Positions 48,964 to 61,269 of a stretch of 64,000 nt of DNA are shown in pieces. The DNA lies in contig JBLDXI010000011.1 of the NCBI GenBank assembly GCA_047495785.1, forward strand, positions 1,178,001 to 1,242,000, in the 5' to 3' direction. Numbering within the stretch: the stretch's first letter is position 1; each line of letters starts with the position of its first letter. The notes under the pieces were generated by a model. That model ran no database searches and had not been told where the DNA came from. It saw nothing but the letters and a program-made list of their open reading frames with translations. This DNA comes from Lepidodermella squamata. Lineage: Eukaryota; Animalia; Gastrotricha. Made by a program: the position numbers and the translations under genes.

Positions 48964-51900
48964 TCACCTGGTGTTATCTACATCGAATGCTAAATGATCG
49001 AGTCGATCATAATCTTCAAAGTAGCAGCTCTCCGTATGTTTGTGCAGAAAGCGCCGAGTGGGCCTCCGCGAATAGTACGACGCCATTTCTGAGAGTCCGC
49101 TGCGACTGATGATCAAATAGTCCATGCGCGTCAGCAGCAGCCAAACGCGGTACGTCGCAGCTACAGCTTGCCATTTTTGGTCGTAAGACCACGAGTTCCA
49201 CTTGCCATGGCCATGATTCAAATAATCAATGTGTTCAACTGGCTCGAGCGACGTGTAAGCCTTGATTCTGTGCCAGCGCCACAAATCCTTCACCAAAGCC
49301 GAGGCCACGGCTACGTTGTCGCTTGTAACGTAGACAAGAGCTCGCTGCAGGTCGTAGGCCTTCAGGGTTCGGAGTAATTCCTTCTTAAAGCAGTCTGATT
49401 GCTTGCTGGAAACACGAGTAGATCCGTCAATCACATTAGTTCTTATGTGAATGCCTATGAGAATTGAAAAGTTTAGGCTTAAGCATTACATATTCCTAAA
49501 GGAAATAGCAATCGTGAACAAATATAAAAGGGTATCATCTCCAGGTCGGCCCGAAAATTAAAATTTAGTTCGTAGTTTTGTCAATATTGAGAGGCTTTGA
49601 AGCGTAATTTGTTGGGAATCAACAAAAAATTCCTAGCTTCGCTCGTTTCATGGTTGAAATTGCCAGTTCATAGACAACACTGTAACAGATGGGAAACTAA
49701 CGATCTTTCCATAGTGAATTAATTCGAGCTGAATTTGCTAAGAGTGCTGCACGCGATCACTTTTTATCAGCAGTTTATGCTGCGGATTCAGCCGAGTCTG
49801 CCATTGGCTGTGAATCAAACGAATCTTCCACCGCTGAATTCCGAGCTGAAGGAGAAGAAGCCTCGGCTAAATGAGGACTTCCGCGAGCTTGCTCCGCTGG
49901 ACTTCGTCGATCCAGAGGGTGACAGCGATGACGAGGGTGATGGTTTGGATGACTAGCGAGGAGTAATTAAAGCGAATAGTTGAGTGACTGCCAAGATATG
50001 AGAAATTCCCAACTCTCAACTATTTAGCCGCACTCTTTCAAATTCAGCACGAATAAATTCACAAGGGAAAGATCATTATTACATAGTTTCCTATATTTTA
50101 CAAAGTTGTCTATGCCCCAGTCATTTTGGCAAACACAGGTTCCAATATCGCACCCTGTTGGCAACTAATCCCTTGTGGGTCTAGAAAAAAGCCCCGAAAG
50201 TCTGCTAACCTATTTTCTGCGTCGATTCATTTAGGCGACTGCGAAAAGCATTGAACCATGTTTGCTGAACGTAAGCCTCAAGCTTCGGCTGGGGCTTCCC
50301 AAATAAAATTCTCAACGCAGCAGAAACAATTTGCAAATAATTGAATGTATTCAATCCGTAAACGTCGGCGATATCGCCGAAAAGATCGCGTTTAGAAAGT
50401 GCGACTTGAACGGCCTGCATTGTATTAGTCAAAGCTTTAACCCCAAGCAACGAATCATTACGCAGCCTGGTTGTGTACCAATCGACGATTGCGTCCTTGA
50501 AATCTGCATCGTAGTTCATGTTGTGCCTATTGTGAAAATTGGGCGAGGATGCTAGGCAATGCTCGTCGATTTTTCTCGCCAAGCGATCGTCGGCGGTTGG
50601 ATACCAATCAGAATTGACAGCGAAGAACTGCTCAATCGGCAACGGCGCGGTTGATTCGATAAGGAAGACTGAGTCGGTCAGAATAGCTGCGTAAAACATT
50701 GCGATAATGCCGCGTAGCCGGTCGCCCCAACCTGCACAGCCTCCCCAACCTCCTGCCGCGCAAAAGTATACGAGCACCTTGGGGCGACATATCTCGTTAC
50801 CGCAGGCTATTGAAGGCATTTTCGTCCTGACTCGGGTGAAATACGTTTGTCTGATGTGATCTATTCAAGTACAGAAGAAAACAAATGACGTTGCTCTTAC
50901 AAAATTTCAAAAATTGCCTCGTGATTTTCAGGCCCTCGAAGAAAAGTCCCTCATATGCCCTAAGTGACCCTACATTTTCAGGGGACATACAGGTGACCCT
51001 TTAGATTAACGAAACCGTCTGCAATTTTTCGGCTTTTGTTAAAGCTTTACTATTTACTATTCTACTATTTTTCTTTATTATATCGCACATGAAAGATGGA
51101 ATTTTCTCTCTATAGGTTTAATTCCATAATATATTATCTCTCCTTTGAGCATTGGTTGTGCGCCACCTTGACCCGGTGCTCAATTTCGTTGAGCATCTTT
51201 GAGCATTCCGTTAAGCACTGTTGAGCACTCCGTTGAGCAGCGTTGTGCACATTGAGCACAAAATGAGACATTTCTTTAGGCACGTTGTGCTTCTTTGAGC
51301 AGCCTTCGAGCACTCGTTGTGCGGCTCTTGAGCATCGCGTTCAGCGCCAGATTAAGCACCAGTCGTCAATGAATTAAAAAAAATCAGTCGCGGGCAGGAA
51401 TTGAACCAGTGATCTTTGCTCTCAAGCCCGCAATCAAATCCATTGCGCCACTGGCTCCTCATAAATGGATACTATCAAAATCGACTTATCAATAATTCCA
51501 TTTGTTAACAATTTTGCAACTTAGGCAGTTTTTTTGTAATTGCAACCGAGCCATTTGCAAATGAAAAAATATAATTGGGGAAAAATATTAAAAAAAAAAA
51601 AAACCAGTCAGGGGCGGGAATCGAACCAGTGATCACTGCCCTCACACTCAATTTTGTCATCTTTGGAGTGCTCAATGATAACCTGTTATCCTGTTGCGCA
51701 CAAGTTGAGCACTTTCGATATGTTCCGGCTGACGTTGAGCATAATTTGCGCACAAATTGAGCACCCATTGAGCAATCATTGAGCATTTTGAGCACAAGTT
51801 GTGCAATTGAGCAAAAGTGCTCAAAGGAGAGATATTATCAGCTAAATTTCCTGAAAAAAATTGCAAAATTGAAATAGTTGCGCAACTTCCGGGCAGAGCC

Positions 51901-53473
51901 ATATTAATGCACGGACACAGAGGGCACATGCCAGTAAATGGTGAAAAGTTCGGTTCCCAAGCAGTCGGATAAGCATATCTTTTGTTCATGTTACTACAAA
52001 TTTGCTCGATAAATTGCATCAGCTATCGATTTATTTCATCTTTTCCTACTCCTTCTCTATGTTTTCAAACAGCATAAAATCGTTAAAACGTATCACTTAT
52101 CACTTGCGCATTTATTTTCGAATTATCAGGTTATCTCCGTTATTCAGGCATTTCATTATGAGATTGTTTATGTAAAAGAATAGCCACCATGAAATGCGAT
52201 AGCTTGGGGTAATTTTGTTGTATCCCCGAGAGGCTATAGAAGGGTTAAAGTCGTGAATTGAGTCTAACGGATCCATTTTTCTTGCTAAAAACTGCATAGA
52301 TATGCAAGTTGCCGGAAAGAAAACGTACCCAAAACCCTGTGATTTCGTGGATACCTAATACTTACACGTATTTTCCATAAAAATCTCATAATGAAATGCC
52401 TAAATAACGGAGCTAACCTGATAAATCCAAACAAAAGCGCAAGTGATACAAAATTTACCAAAAGTTAATGCACAAATGGGAAATGCGGAAGTGGGCGTAA
52501 TTCGTTTGAATACAAAATTGATTATTATAATTGAATCCTCTTCCCTCAATTTCCGAGTTAACGAAAAGAACATTTTTTGAGAGAGGTACCTGCGGTTTTT
52601 TTAATTTTTAAATTAATTAAAATTATAATGGGCGGATAGGGCGTTAGGTGGCATAAAAAGAGATCGCGTGCTGCACTCTTTCCAAATTCAGCTCGAATAA
52701 ATTCACTATGGAAATATCGTTAGTTTCCTATCTGTTATACTGTTGTCTATGACCGTAGGCCTCAGGAAACTAGGTCTGGGAGGTAACGGGCGGTAACACC
52801 TAGATTTTCATTTTTCCGCAAAATCTGCCAACTAGAAAGTGCCCTGGGGCCACTAGAATGAGGCCTCGGTTCAAATTATATTCAATGACAATCAAAAAGC
52901 GGCAGAAAAGCTTTTCGATTACAAAATTTTACGACAGAGGTCCGAATCTGTCCAGCTCACAGGGAATGGACAGACCATTCAATTGTAACTTGTAACAACC
53001 GGAATTATATGGGGCTCCCGAAGATGGAGAATAGAAATTATTAACTAGAGTCTAGAGTTCCGGACGACGAGGAAATGCCAACCGGGAAAATGGTGTATTT
53101 TGGAATAAAATAAATTCGACTTTTATACAACCCGTAGAAAAACCGAAAATTTCGAAAACAGTTATTGTTGGGCGTTAGCTGGTTACTGTAGATTTTCATT
53201 TATATCGCCGCGGATGAAGGGTATCAGGTGATCCCGTTAGGTTTAAGTTTGGAAAAATTGGAAAATTCCCAGAATCAGACCAACTCAAGATGGAAATCGC
53301 TTACTTGTTATTGCATCCTGGTCATCCTTGACAGCTAGCGTTGAGGCATTGAAGTTTTTCGTTTTCTCGAAAAGTGGAAATTGTTCCAGCGATTTGCCGC
53401 CCAATTCACAGTATGGTTTATTGCTCGCGCAATCTTCAATCTTCCTTTCAAACGTTGAGCAGTTGAGAGTCAC
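48964..53473 (-). CDS. GT-B fucosyltransferase-like protein (NodZ/FUT8/xyloglucan FUT-type motifs); exons ~53473-53305 (tentative), 50860-50210, 49454-48964; 5' end unresolved
   Basis: GWGDRLRGIIAMFYAAILT, spliced KI|GIHIRT, VYVTSDN, DYLIISRSGLSEMA. The upstream exon is phase-compatible, but no clean start or TM exon was found. Confidence 0.7.
49669..50114. mobile_element. Intronic MITE; a second terminus copy at ~52683-52751
   Basis: catagacaac...gatctttcc...gctgaatttg vs caaattcagc...ggaaagatc...gttgtctatg. Confidence 0.75.
51138..51831. mobile_element. MITE with TTGAGCA repeats, ATATTAT(C) target duplication and two internal tRNA-like segments (minus strand, ~51385-51454 and ~51605-51650)
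   Basis: TIR ctctcctttgagca / tgctcaaaggagag; minus strand CAGTGGCGCAATGG...GGTTCAATTCC...T-run and GGTTCGATTCCC...T-run. Confidence 0.82.
52098..52448. mobile_element. MITE-like inverted repeat
   Basis: tatcacttgcgc...aggcatttcattatgagatt vs aatctcataatgaaatgcct...gcgcaagtgata. Confidence 0.72.
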
Positions 53474-54159
53474 ACATCTCGTGAGAGTCGTTCAATGGAA
53501 AAAGGATTGCTTACGCATCACCGATGCGTAGCTCCTATTTGACTAAGAATAGCGGTAGCCAATCACGCCGTGTTCGTATTATGAATGATGAGGCGCTTTA
53601 AAGACAGCAGTTTGATGTTCTATTTTGCGAAAGACGCCGCAAAAACGGCCCGTGGCTGTCGCAGGAACGTCGACCATCTCCCGACTTGGAAATTGCTCAG
53701 CGCAGTTCACGCCTGCTTATCCCTGTGCATCATGCTTTTCCGAATTACGGATGATGGCTCGACAGTGAACCATTTACCGGATACGAGTTACAAGGAACTA
53801 ACTGGCGAACCGGCTAAAACGAAGGAAGCAAGCCAGTCTTCGAGAACTTCAGCATCGAGAAGGAAAACCGCGGGTCCCCTCCCCCTTCCCCCTCCGTGGT
53901 ATTTGTTGGGGGACTTTCCACTTTGGCCTCGGGAACTGGGTGGTACAATACCCTTCATACCCCCCGTACTCCGCGCACTGATTCAAAATGAATCTTATGA
54001 AAGTTTGCTTACAATCGTTATGATATAATAATATAACGTATTAAATATAGCACTCATTTTTTCTCATTCCCTCCGCTGGAATTGTGTTTCATTCATTCAT
54101 TCACTTCTTTCGTACATATTATTGCTTTCGTTTCCCTCTTGTTTCAATTCGTCCAGTTC

Positions 54160-54430
54160 CGACGACACTGATATAGGTTGCGAATATTGTTCTCGATAAG
54201 ATAAATGTAATTATTGCTCAACCAAGCCTTGAACCAATCCTATGCGGCCGAGTGTCCTGGCTAAATGTCTCTTCTGACGCTAAATACAAACAAAGCAAAG
54301 CCAGGTCACAATCCTAGGGAAATGTTCTAGAATATTGAATACTTTGGGCTTGATTAACTGAAATCCGCCACAATTGACTTATTCAAAATTAGCCCTCAGC
54401 GGCTATGAAGAGCGCGCAGACGTCCACTAT
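54160..54430 (+). repeat. Dispersed repeat; second copy at ~59651-59910, followed by an inverted partial copy at 59925-60033
   Basis: Shared cgacactgatatag...ccaatccta.gcggccgagtgtcctggc...gcgcgcagacgtccac. Confidence 0.85.
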
Positions 54431-54969
54431 TGCACCTATTGCCCATCGTCACCCCTAGAAACGTACAAATGAGTACATATTAAACCACCATCATATGTGA
54501 CCACGTTTTATGCGGGGAAAATGTCCTTCCCTCCTCCTATACGGTAATTCGAACCGTCATTTTTTATTCAAAATACGAGTTTTTTCCTCAATGCGTCATG
54601 ATCAATAAAAAATCAGAAGATTTATTGGAAAAAATCGTTGAAAGCATCAAGTCAAGATATGTAGAATAAATATAATATGTAACTGATACGCGGCATGAGA
54701 AGCGCAATTATAATCAAGATGCAAAATGTTAGTTCAACCCCAGTTTTTTCTGTTTCCGGTGCAATGTTATGCGCGCAATCCGCGATATGCCACTTGTCTG
54801 TAGAAAATTCTCCGAATTATTGATATAAGCTGAAATCGTCCTAATTATATATTGTAAACGAAGGTAAGAAGACAGAACATTTCATTTGAGAGCATTATTT
54901 TCCCACACTGACTTTTAAAGCGCCCTCAGTTTCTCTGCTTACAACTGACCGCTTTTTTTGACTGAATCG

Positions 54970-57900
54970 ATGATGGCCTGGTTGAATATTTTGAAAACCG
55001 ATGAAGACAAACGAGCAACGGCTCTGCAGTACGGGCTCACTACTGCCTTGCTGATTTCAGTATTGCCGCGATTCGGATTAGCAGGAACGGGTGTGCCAGC
55101 CGATGGCTATAAATACTACTGTGAGTCGATGATGGTGGCTCAAGCTTGTTCGCAATACTTTAAATCAGCAAAGGCTGCTTGGCCAGATTTGACCCGAGTG
55201 GATAAATTTCATGATTTCCGCAGGATCCTGCTAGTTTTGCACTACAACTACCCAAACTACGCGTCAGCTGCCAAAGTTCTATCATTATATCGAGATGTGT
55301 TCGCTAAAATTGTATTTTGTGGCCCGACAGCTAATTTTTGGCCGCATCAAGAGACAAAATTAGAAACCGCTGTTTCGGAGAAGGTTGCGCCTTTCGTTAA
55401 CTACGGCTTTCCCAAGAGAGGTGAGCTCATAGCAACGTATGCATGCCTGCCACGAGCGATCGAGGCTGTCGGTGACGACTTCGATGGCGCCCTAGTCATG
55501 TCAGATGACTTGCTAGTCAACTACTGGAACTTGAAAGACGCTTACAACAAATCTTTGAAGAAGCTTTGGCTGCTGAAACCTGACCGGGATCACCCGTTTG
55601 ATGTAGACACGGTGAGTTCGCAATTTTTACCTTCTTCTGGGCTGGATGTCGCAATGAAAATTTTCATCTTAAGCTATTTACTAGATATTTCGCATTAAAT
55701 TGAAATACCCGAATTTCAGCCAGATTCGGTATAAAAACTTCCAAAACTTTGACAACCATTGCTCCATTAATTTCCCCGCTAAAGGGCCTCTCGATTTCTT
55801 GAAAGCCGATTTACTACAATTCGATTGTTTAGCCGCAGTTCGATTGAATATGATTTGTCGGCATTTTCGGATCATTGACGTTCGGAGTTCGGAGTTGACC
55901 ATTCATCGTGGGCATTCCAATTATTCGTTTTGCGTTACATGCTACTGAAGCTGCCAACTTCGTGTTCTAGCATTTTCAAGTCAGATTTCTGTCCAACCCG
56001 TCATGACTATATTAGCCTTGCTATAATTATCTACACTGGAAAAAATACGGTCCGCATAATTGATCATTACAAGCAGTTCTGTAACATACCCGAATTCATA
56101 CCCCATTTTATTTGCAGGGTTTTTTCTGTCATAAAATGAGCAGCAACAATTCCGTCGATTGTGTGAACGACGATTGGCGACAGAATTGGCGTTGGCAAAT
56201 TTATAATCGCAATCAGACCACAAGTTTCTTCGACGATCTCGACAAATTGATCGCTGGAGAGGCATCGCCAAACAGCAATGTTAATGTCTCGCCTAATTAC
56301 TGGCGCGAAGTGAAGACAAATTTGACAAATGCGACCGGCGGAGAGCGTCGCATGTTAGGCCTTGCGTCTGGAGACGTGTTCTACATGCCAAAATCGTATT
56401 TTCACAACGCAATGCCACTCTTGAGTCTCCTGGGAAAGTGAGTCAAATCTGCCATGAGCACTATATGAATTCATTCGGACCATAGTTTTTCGTCAGCAAT
56501 ATCCTTCTTTTCACAGCAAAATCCTTTTTCTCACAGCAATTTTTTTTTTCGCGAGGAACATCTTTTATGTGCAGCAAATCCCGTTTTATTTCAGGAGAAA
56601 AGAAAAAAAATTGCAAGTTGAAATTGAAATTAACCACGCGATTCAGCGTCGCGTGTTTATTTAGCATCATCACATGTCAGTAGCATTGTCAGTAAATTAT
56701 TGCTAAATTATTCGGAAAAAATGTCAGCTTTTTCTGAAATGAACATTTCCAAATTTTCCACGTCACCCTATTTCCCCAGGGCCATGTAGTGATTGTTGCA
56801 AAAAAAACATGGTATGTTGGCTTCCGCCCGGCACCGCGATGGCCGACGGGCCTGATGACGTAAGGGACAGATTCCATTTGATGGACCTCAATATTGATAT
56901 TACGGCTCACTGCGATTGCTGTAAGGGCCTCCTCCCCGCCCCAGTAGCCTAGTTCCGACAGGCGTAGAACTGCAAATAAAGTTAATTAAGTTTTGCACAC
57001 ATGAAACGCGATGCAAATTTATTTACCAAATTCCAAATAATCTTCCAAGCCGTAGGGCGTATTCTCCCTGTCACCCGGGTGAATCCCGGCATCACCAATT
57101 CAGCGTTGTCGGTGAGCCAGTCTACCGCCTCAGCCCTCAGCAATGCATGGTCGTCCTCCGAACCGTGGAGGAGTAGTGCCATCGCACGGAAGGCACAGTT
57201 CCCGTCACCCAGAACGTCGTGCACGGCGAATCGGTCGTATCGGTCACCGTCACGAGGGCAACCGTCACCAGCAGGCGGAGACTTCATAAAAGGTCACCTC
57301 ACCACCTTCTTTGAGCTGAACGACTTTGGCGCGCTTCTTGCACACTTCGTACCCCTGCTTGGAATAGAAAGCGCAGCGAAAGATGAGTTGCCTGGATTGA
57401 TCCGAGGCAACGTAGACGGAACCGTCGGGGCGAAGAAGTGGCTGGTCTGCTTTGATGCGCGTCACCAAGTCTTCCCATGGCTGGGCTTCGTACTGTTTGC
57501 TTTTGCAATATACGACGTTGTTTCCGCGAATCGGCGCTGGTTCCAACGAGCTACCATCTGAAGACGAGCAACCGTAGATGGCGTTGATACTCGAACTTCC
57601 TTCATTTCAAGTTAAAAGTTATTTTAAATGAATATACGACCAACTGAAAGTCATTTGGTCTTGACTGGAAGATCTGGAAGCGTTGCGCAATGAAACGCGC
57701 GATCTACTTTTTTAATTTGTTTTTTTTCCACGTGCCCATACTTTTCAACCTTTTTAAGGTGTTGTTACGACTTAACACGCGACGCTGAATCGCGTGGTGA
57801 ATTTCAATTTCAACTTGCAATTTTTTTCTTTTCTCCTGAAATAAAACGGGATTTGCTGCAAATAAAAGATGTTCCTCGCGAAAAAAAATTGCTGTGAGAA

Positions 57901-58280
57901 AAAGGATTTTGCTGTGAAAAGAAGGAATTTGCTGACGGTTAAAGTATAATTCATTCATAACTAAAATTCACTGCAGGCATGAAGTTTTCATGGAGATAGG
58001 TCTTATAACGGCCCTGCGTGTATTGGCGCCCCATGCTGACATTCAAGACTTGAGCTGGGCAGCGCACGACTGGGGCCAGGGCATCATTCGCAGCCATCCT
58101 CTGGTTGAAGTTTACAATACAACCCTGGAGTTCATTCATCCGGTTAAATTCGGCGACAGGCATCGCTTTAATCGCCTGCTACGGCTAGATTTAGCCAGTT
58201 GGGGGACAACTTGCACTTTTTGCAATGTTAACAAACTGGGTACGGCATTTGCTGCTATGCAAAAGCAAATCCCACCGTAG
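54970..58280 (+). CDS. DUF288/STELLO-like putative glycosyltransferase-associated protein (exons 54970-55611, 56118-56437, 57977-58280)
   Basis: Hydrophobic N-terminal segment; ILLVLHYNY, LYRDVFAKIVFCGP, GALVMSDDLLVNYWNL, GDVFYMP, VFMEI and FIHPVKF resemble the C-terminal region of DUF288 proteins; splice phases are consistent. Confidence 0.78.
56477..57947. mobile_element. Internally deleted MULE-like element carrying an OTU protease, inserted in intron 2 of the DUF288-like gene
   Basis: ~165-bp TIRs (56491-56657 / 57774-57937); 9-bp direct repeat AATTCATTC at 56468-56476 and 57948-57956. Confidence 0.9.
56768..57546 (-). pseudogene. Zn-finger (WRKY/FLYWCH-like) fragment fused to an OTU cysteine protease domain, with frameshifts and one intron
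   Basis: FRCAFYSK..CKKRAKVV fragment, then VLGDGNCAFRAMA...HALLR, LGYWGGEEAL and NNHY (OTU Cys, WG and His motifs) across two frameshifts and a ~57-nt intron. Confidence 0.8.
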
Positions 58281-59059
58281 AAAATATTCTGAGCTAACAC
58301 CGGCAATTCAATTGCTCTGAAAAATTCATAGTGGCGATCAGCCTGTTTTGATGTTTCAGAATCTGATTATGATACGTTACGAAAGAAACGACACTTTCCT
58401 AAATAAAGCAGCTAAAGTAGCTAGCAGTTTAGGTTAAGGAGTGATTTTTTCATGAAAATTTCCATGCAAAACGCACAGACTGTGTTCAAAAGACATCGCT
58501 ATTGTAACAAATTTGGAGTGATCGTATAAATAATAGAAAAATAGAAGTCGCACAAAATCATCTTTATTATCAATGCTACGCAACAAAATTACAGGCAAGC
58601 CTAGCTTTAGGGCCAGAAAGTTGTAGCCCCTTTGTCGGTTGTATTACCCTCCAATGCCATGGAACATTTGCTTCGACGTGTTAGTTGTTAGTTGCAATCG
58701 GTTCGCCACCATCGAATCAAGCCGGTCCTAGGTTAAAATTCGGCAGCGAGATGCGCTCGTTTCGGCATCTTCGGTTCAGTTTTCGGCAAAGTCAACGCCC
58801 GACAAAAACCGCGAAACATCGAAAATGCAGATTCGGCAATCAGATATTGACAGGAACGAAATATGCAATTCCACTTTCATTAAAACATCATCAATTGAGA
58901 ATATCATCAAGAGATCATCATTTATTAGTTTGCGAATTTTCGAAATCAGTGCGTTCTCTTACAGCTGAGCTATTTAACTCACTACCGATGAAAGGCTCAT
59001 CAAAAAATGAAAAAATTAATAGCTCAGTCTTGAACCATCAGGGCGGGTTGAGCTTTTCG

Positions 59060-59545
59060 TTTGCGGCCTCGCTTAGCGCTTAGCTTTAGGCCCGACTGCT
59101 CGGCTAGTTCGACCGGGAAAGAAACGTCGCCCAGATGCATCTGTATACCAAGGACGTGATAACAGTGCTAAGTTTTGAGAAAATTCCAGCAATTGCACAC
59201 TTGCGTGAGCAGCTCACCATCGATCAAATGATCCCATCCCACACTTTTTCCCACACTTCATCCTTGATTGTTGGCGCTGGGCGCTGTATAGAACTTCTTG
59301 TTTCGCTCCCGCGAACAGCGACCGAGCATCTTTTTCGCAACTTCAAGCTGCTGCATGACAGGTAGCCGACTCCGGAAGGTGTAATCGGTCTTTATGCGGC
59401 CGTTCTTGCCTTCTTGGCCGTTGACCATTGAGCCGATTGCGTAGCCTTGGTACCACGTGTTGTTCTTGTCGAGGTACTGCTTCTCGAAGGCTGCCAAACA
59501 CGCCGCCGCCTCCCATTTGCTGAGAAACAACTGGGACACGACCTC
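59060..59545 (-). pseudogene. Degraded MULE transposase C-terminus with SWIM zinc finger
   Basis: FEKQYL...WYQG...NGQEGKNGRIK...TFRSRL and CNCWNFLK.*HCYHVLG (CxC..CxH), with in-frame stops. Confidence 0.7.
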
Positions 59546-61269
59546 GATCGTTGGTAGATACTCTATAGCGAGATGGCGAGATTAAAGGCTAAATTTGGGA
59601 GAACCAACAATACCTAACGAGCTGTGAATGTGATGGCTAGATTGGACCCACGACACTGATATAGAATGCGAATATTGTTTTCGATAAGACAAGCGAGAAA
59701 AATGTAATTATCGCTCAAACAAGCCTTGAAGCCAATCCTAAGCGGCCGAGTGTCCTGGCAAAATGCGTATTCCGAAGCGGAATAAAAACAAAGTCAAATC
59801 AGGTCACAAGTATACAGGAAAATGTTTGAGAATATTGAGTACTTTAATCCGCCACAATACTTACTCAAAATTAGCCTTTAGCGACTGAGCGCGCGCAGAC
59901 GTCCACCATTGGTATTGAGAATATTTAATATCCTCAAATACTTTCCTATAGGCTTGTGACCTGATTTGACTTTGTTTTTATTCCGCTTCAGAAGACGCAT
60001 TTAGCCAGGACACTCGGCCGCATAGGATTGGCTCAACAATGTATTCGCTTCAGCACTACAACAATCAACTGCATGTACTCATTTGTTTAGAAAAGGGTGA
60101 CGATGCGTGGTTGTCACCTTTTTTCTCCCCTTTGCCCTCCTCTGTTCAAGATAGCATGCCCTAATTCGTGAACTGCAGCTCGCGGACTATTTTCTAGAAT
60201 TTTTCTAGCCAACAATTGAACATTTTTGCCACAGGCGATCTTAACACCTTACTTCGGGCCGATTCCTGTGCGTTAACGCCCCTTGTCCTTTAAGCGCGCG
60301 TTGTGTTCAAGTTGCCAATCACGCACACACAATGTGTACGCACGGCCATTGGTCGATACACAACGGGATTTATGAGCGGGATTCGTTCACCGTTCATGAT
60401 TAAGTTGATATTTTACATTATCAGGCACCCGCCCAGTGATATTAGCCCCCCTATTCTTATCCTGCGTGATGAACCGCGTGCTATCCACGTGAACTGGGGT
60501 TTGGGGCTGTAAAGTTTCTCTTTTGAGAAAATTCACGTTGCAGGCAGGGTGCGAAGTACAGGGTTGCTGGGGTGTCGCGACTGGCGCCATGACTAAGATC
60601 CATGATTAAGATCATTTCAGTTGCCAACAGAGATGTTACCAATAACGGTAAATTTGATATTATTTTTCTTGGTTTCGAGGTTTTTCAAATCATTCCTGAT
60701 GGCGAATCGTCAACAATTGCGCCTGCTAAAGGCTAAAGCTCGCTTCGCTAGAGAAAATTTGAGCGTTTGTAAGAGGATTTGGGACCTGTTTTTTTACCAA
60801 AAAATTCAGAAAAATTTCTCGCTTTGCTCGACCCAACGATTTAAATTGACAATATTGTCCACCGATGCAAAGCATAGATACTAGTTGTGCGTGCGAGCGA
60901 GCGCAATTTTTTTGCAGCTCTATATTAGGAACACGCCAGCTTGAAAATCATACTTCGCACACTGGTTGCAGGGCTGGGATTCAAACCCAGGACCTCTGTG
61001 CATCCAGTCATATTCCAGCTTATTATCCAGCTTATAACCAATAAGCCACGAGACTGGTCACATTCTGCGTTATTAAAAAGTTGTTTTAGCGGAGCACGCG
61101 ACCTTTTTTATAAGCGACCCCACAAAGCAAAGTTTTAGCTCGAAAAGGTGGCTCTATCGAATTGATTGGAGCTGTTATTCACTGAGGTCACCGGTTTAGC
61201 TCCCAGCAAAACTTCCATTTTTTTCGGACACTCATTCTTCATAGACGTTATTCATCTGCATTAATTCTT

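Noticed and set aside
53480-53740. Start/TM exon for the fucosyltransferase-like gene
   Set aside because: All minus-strand frames I tried contain stops; no defensible exon could be drawn.
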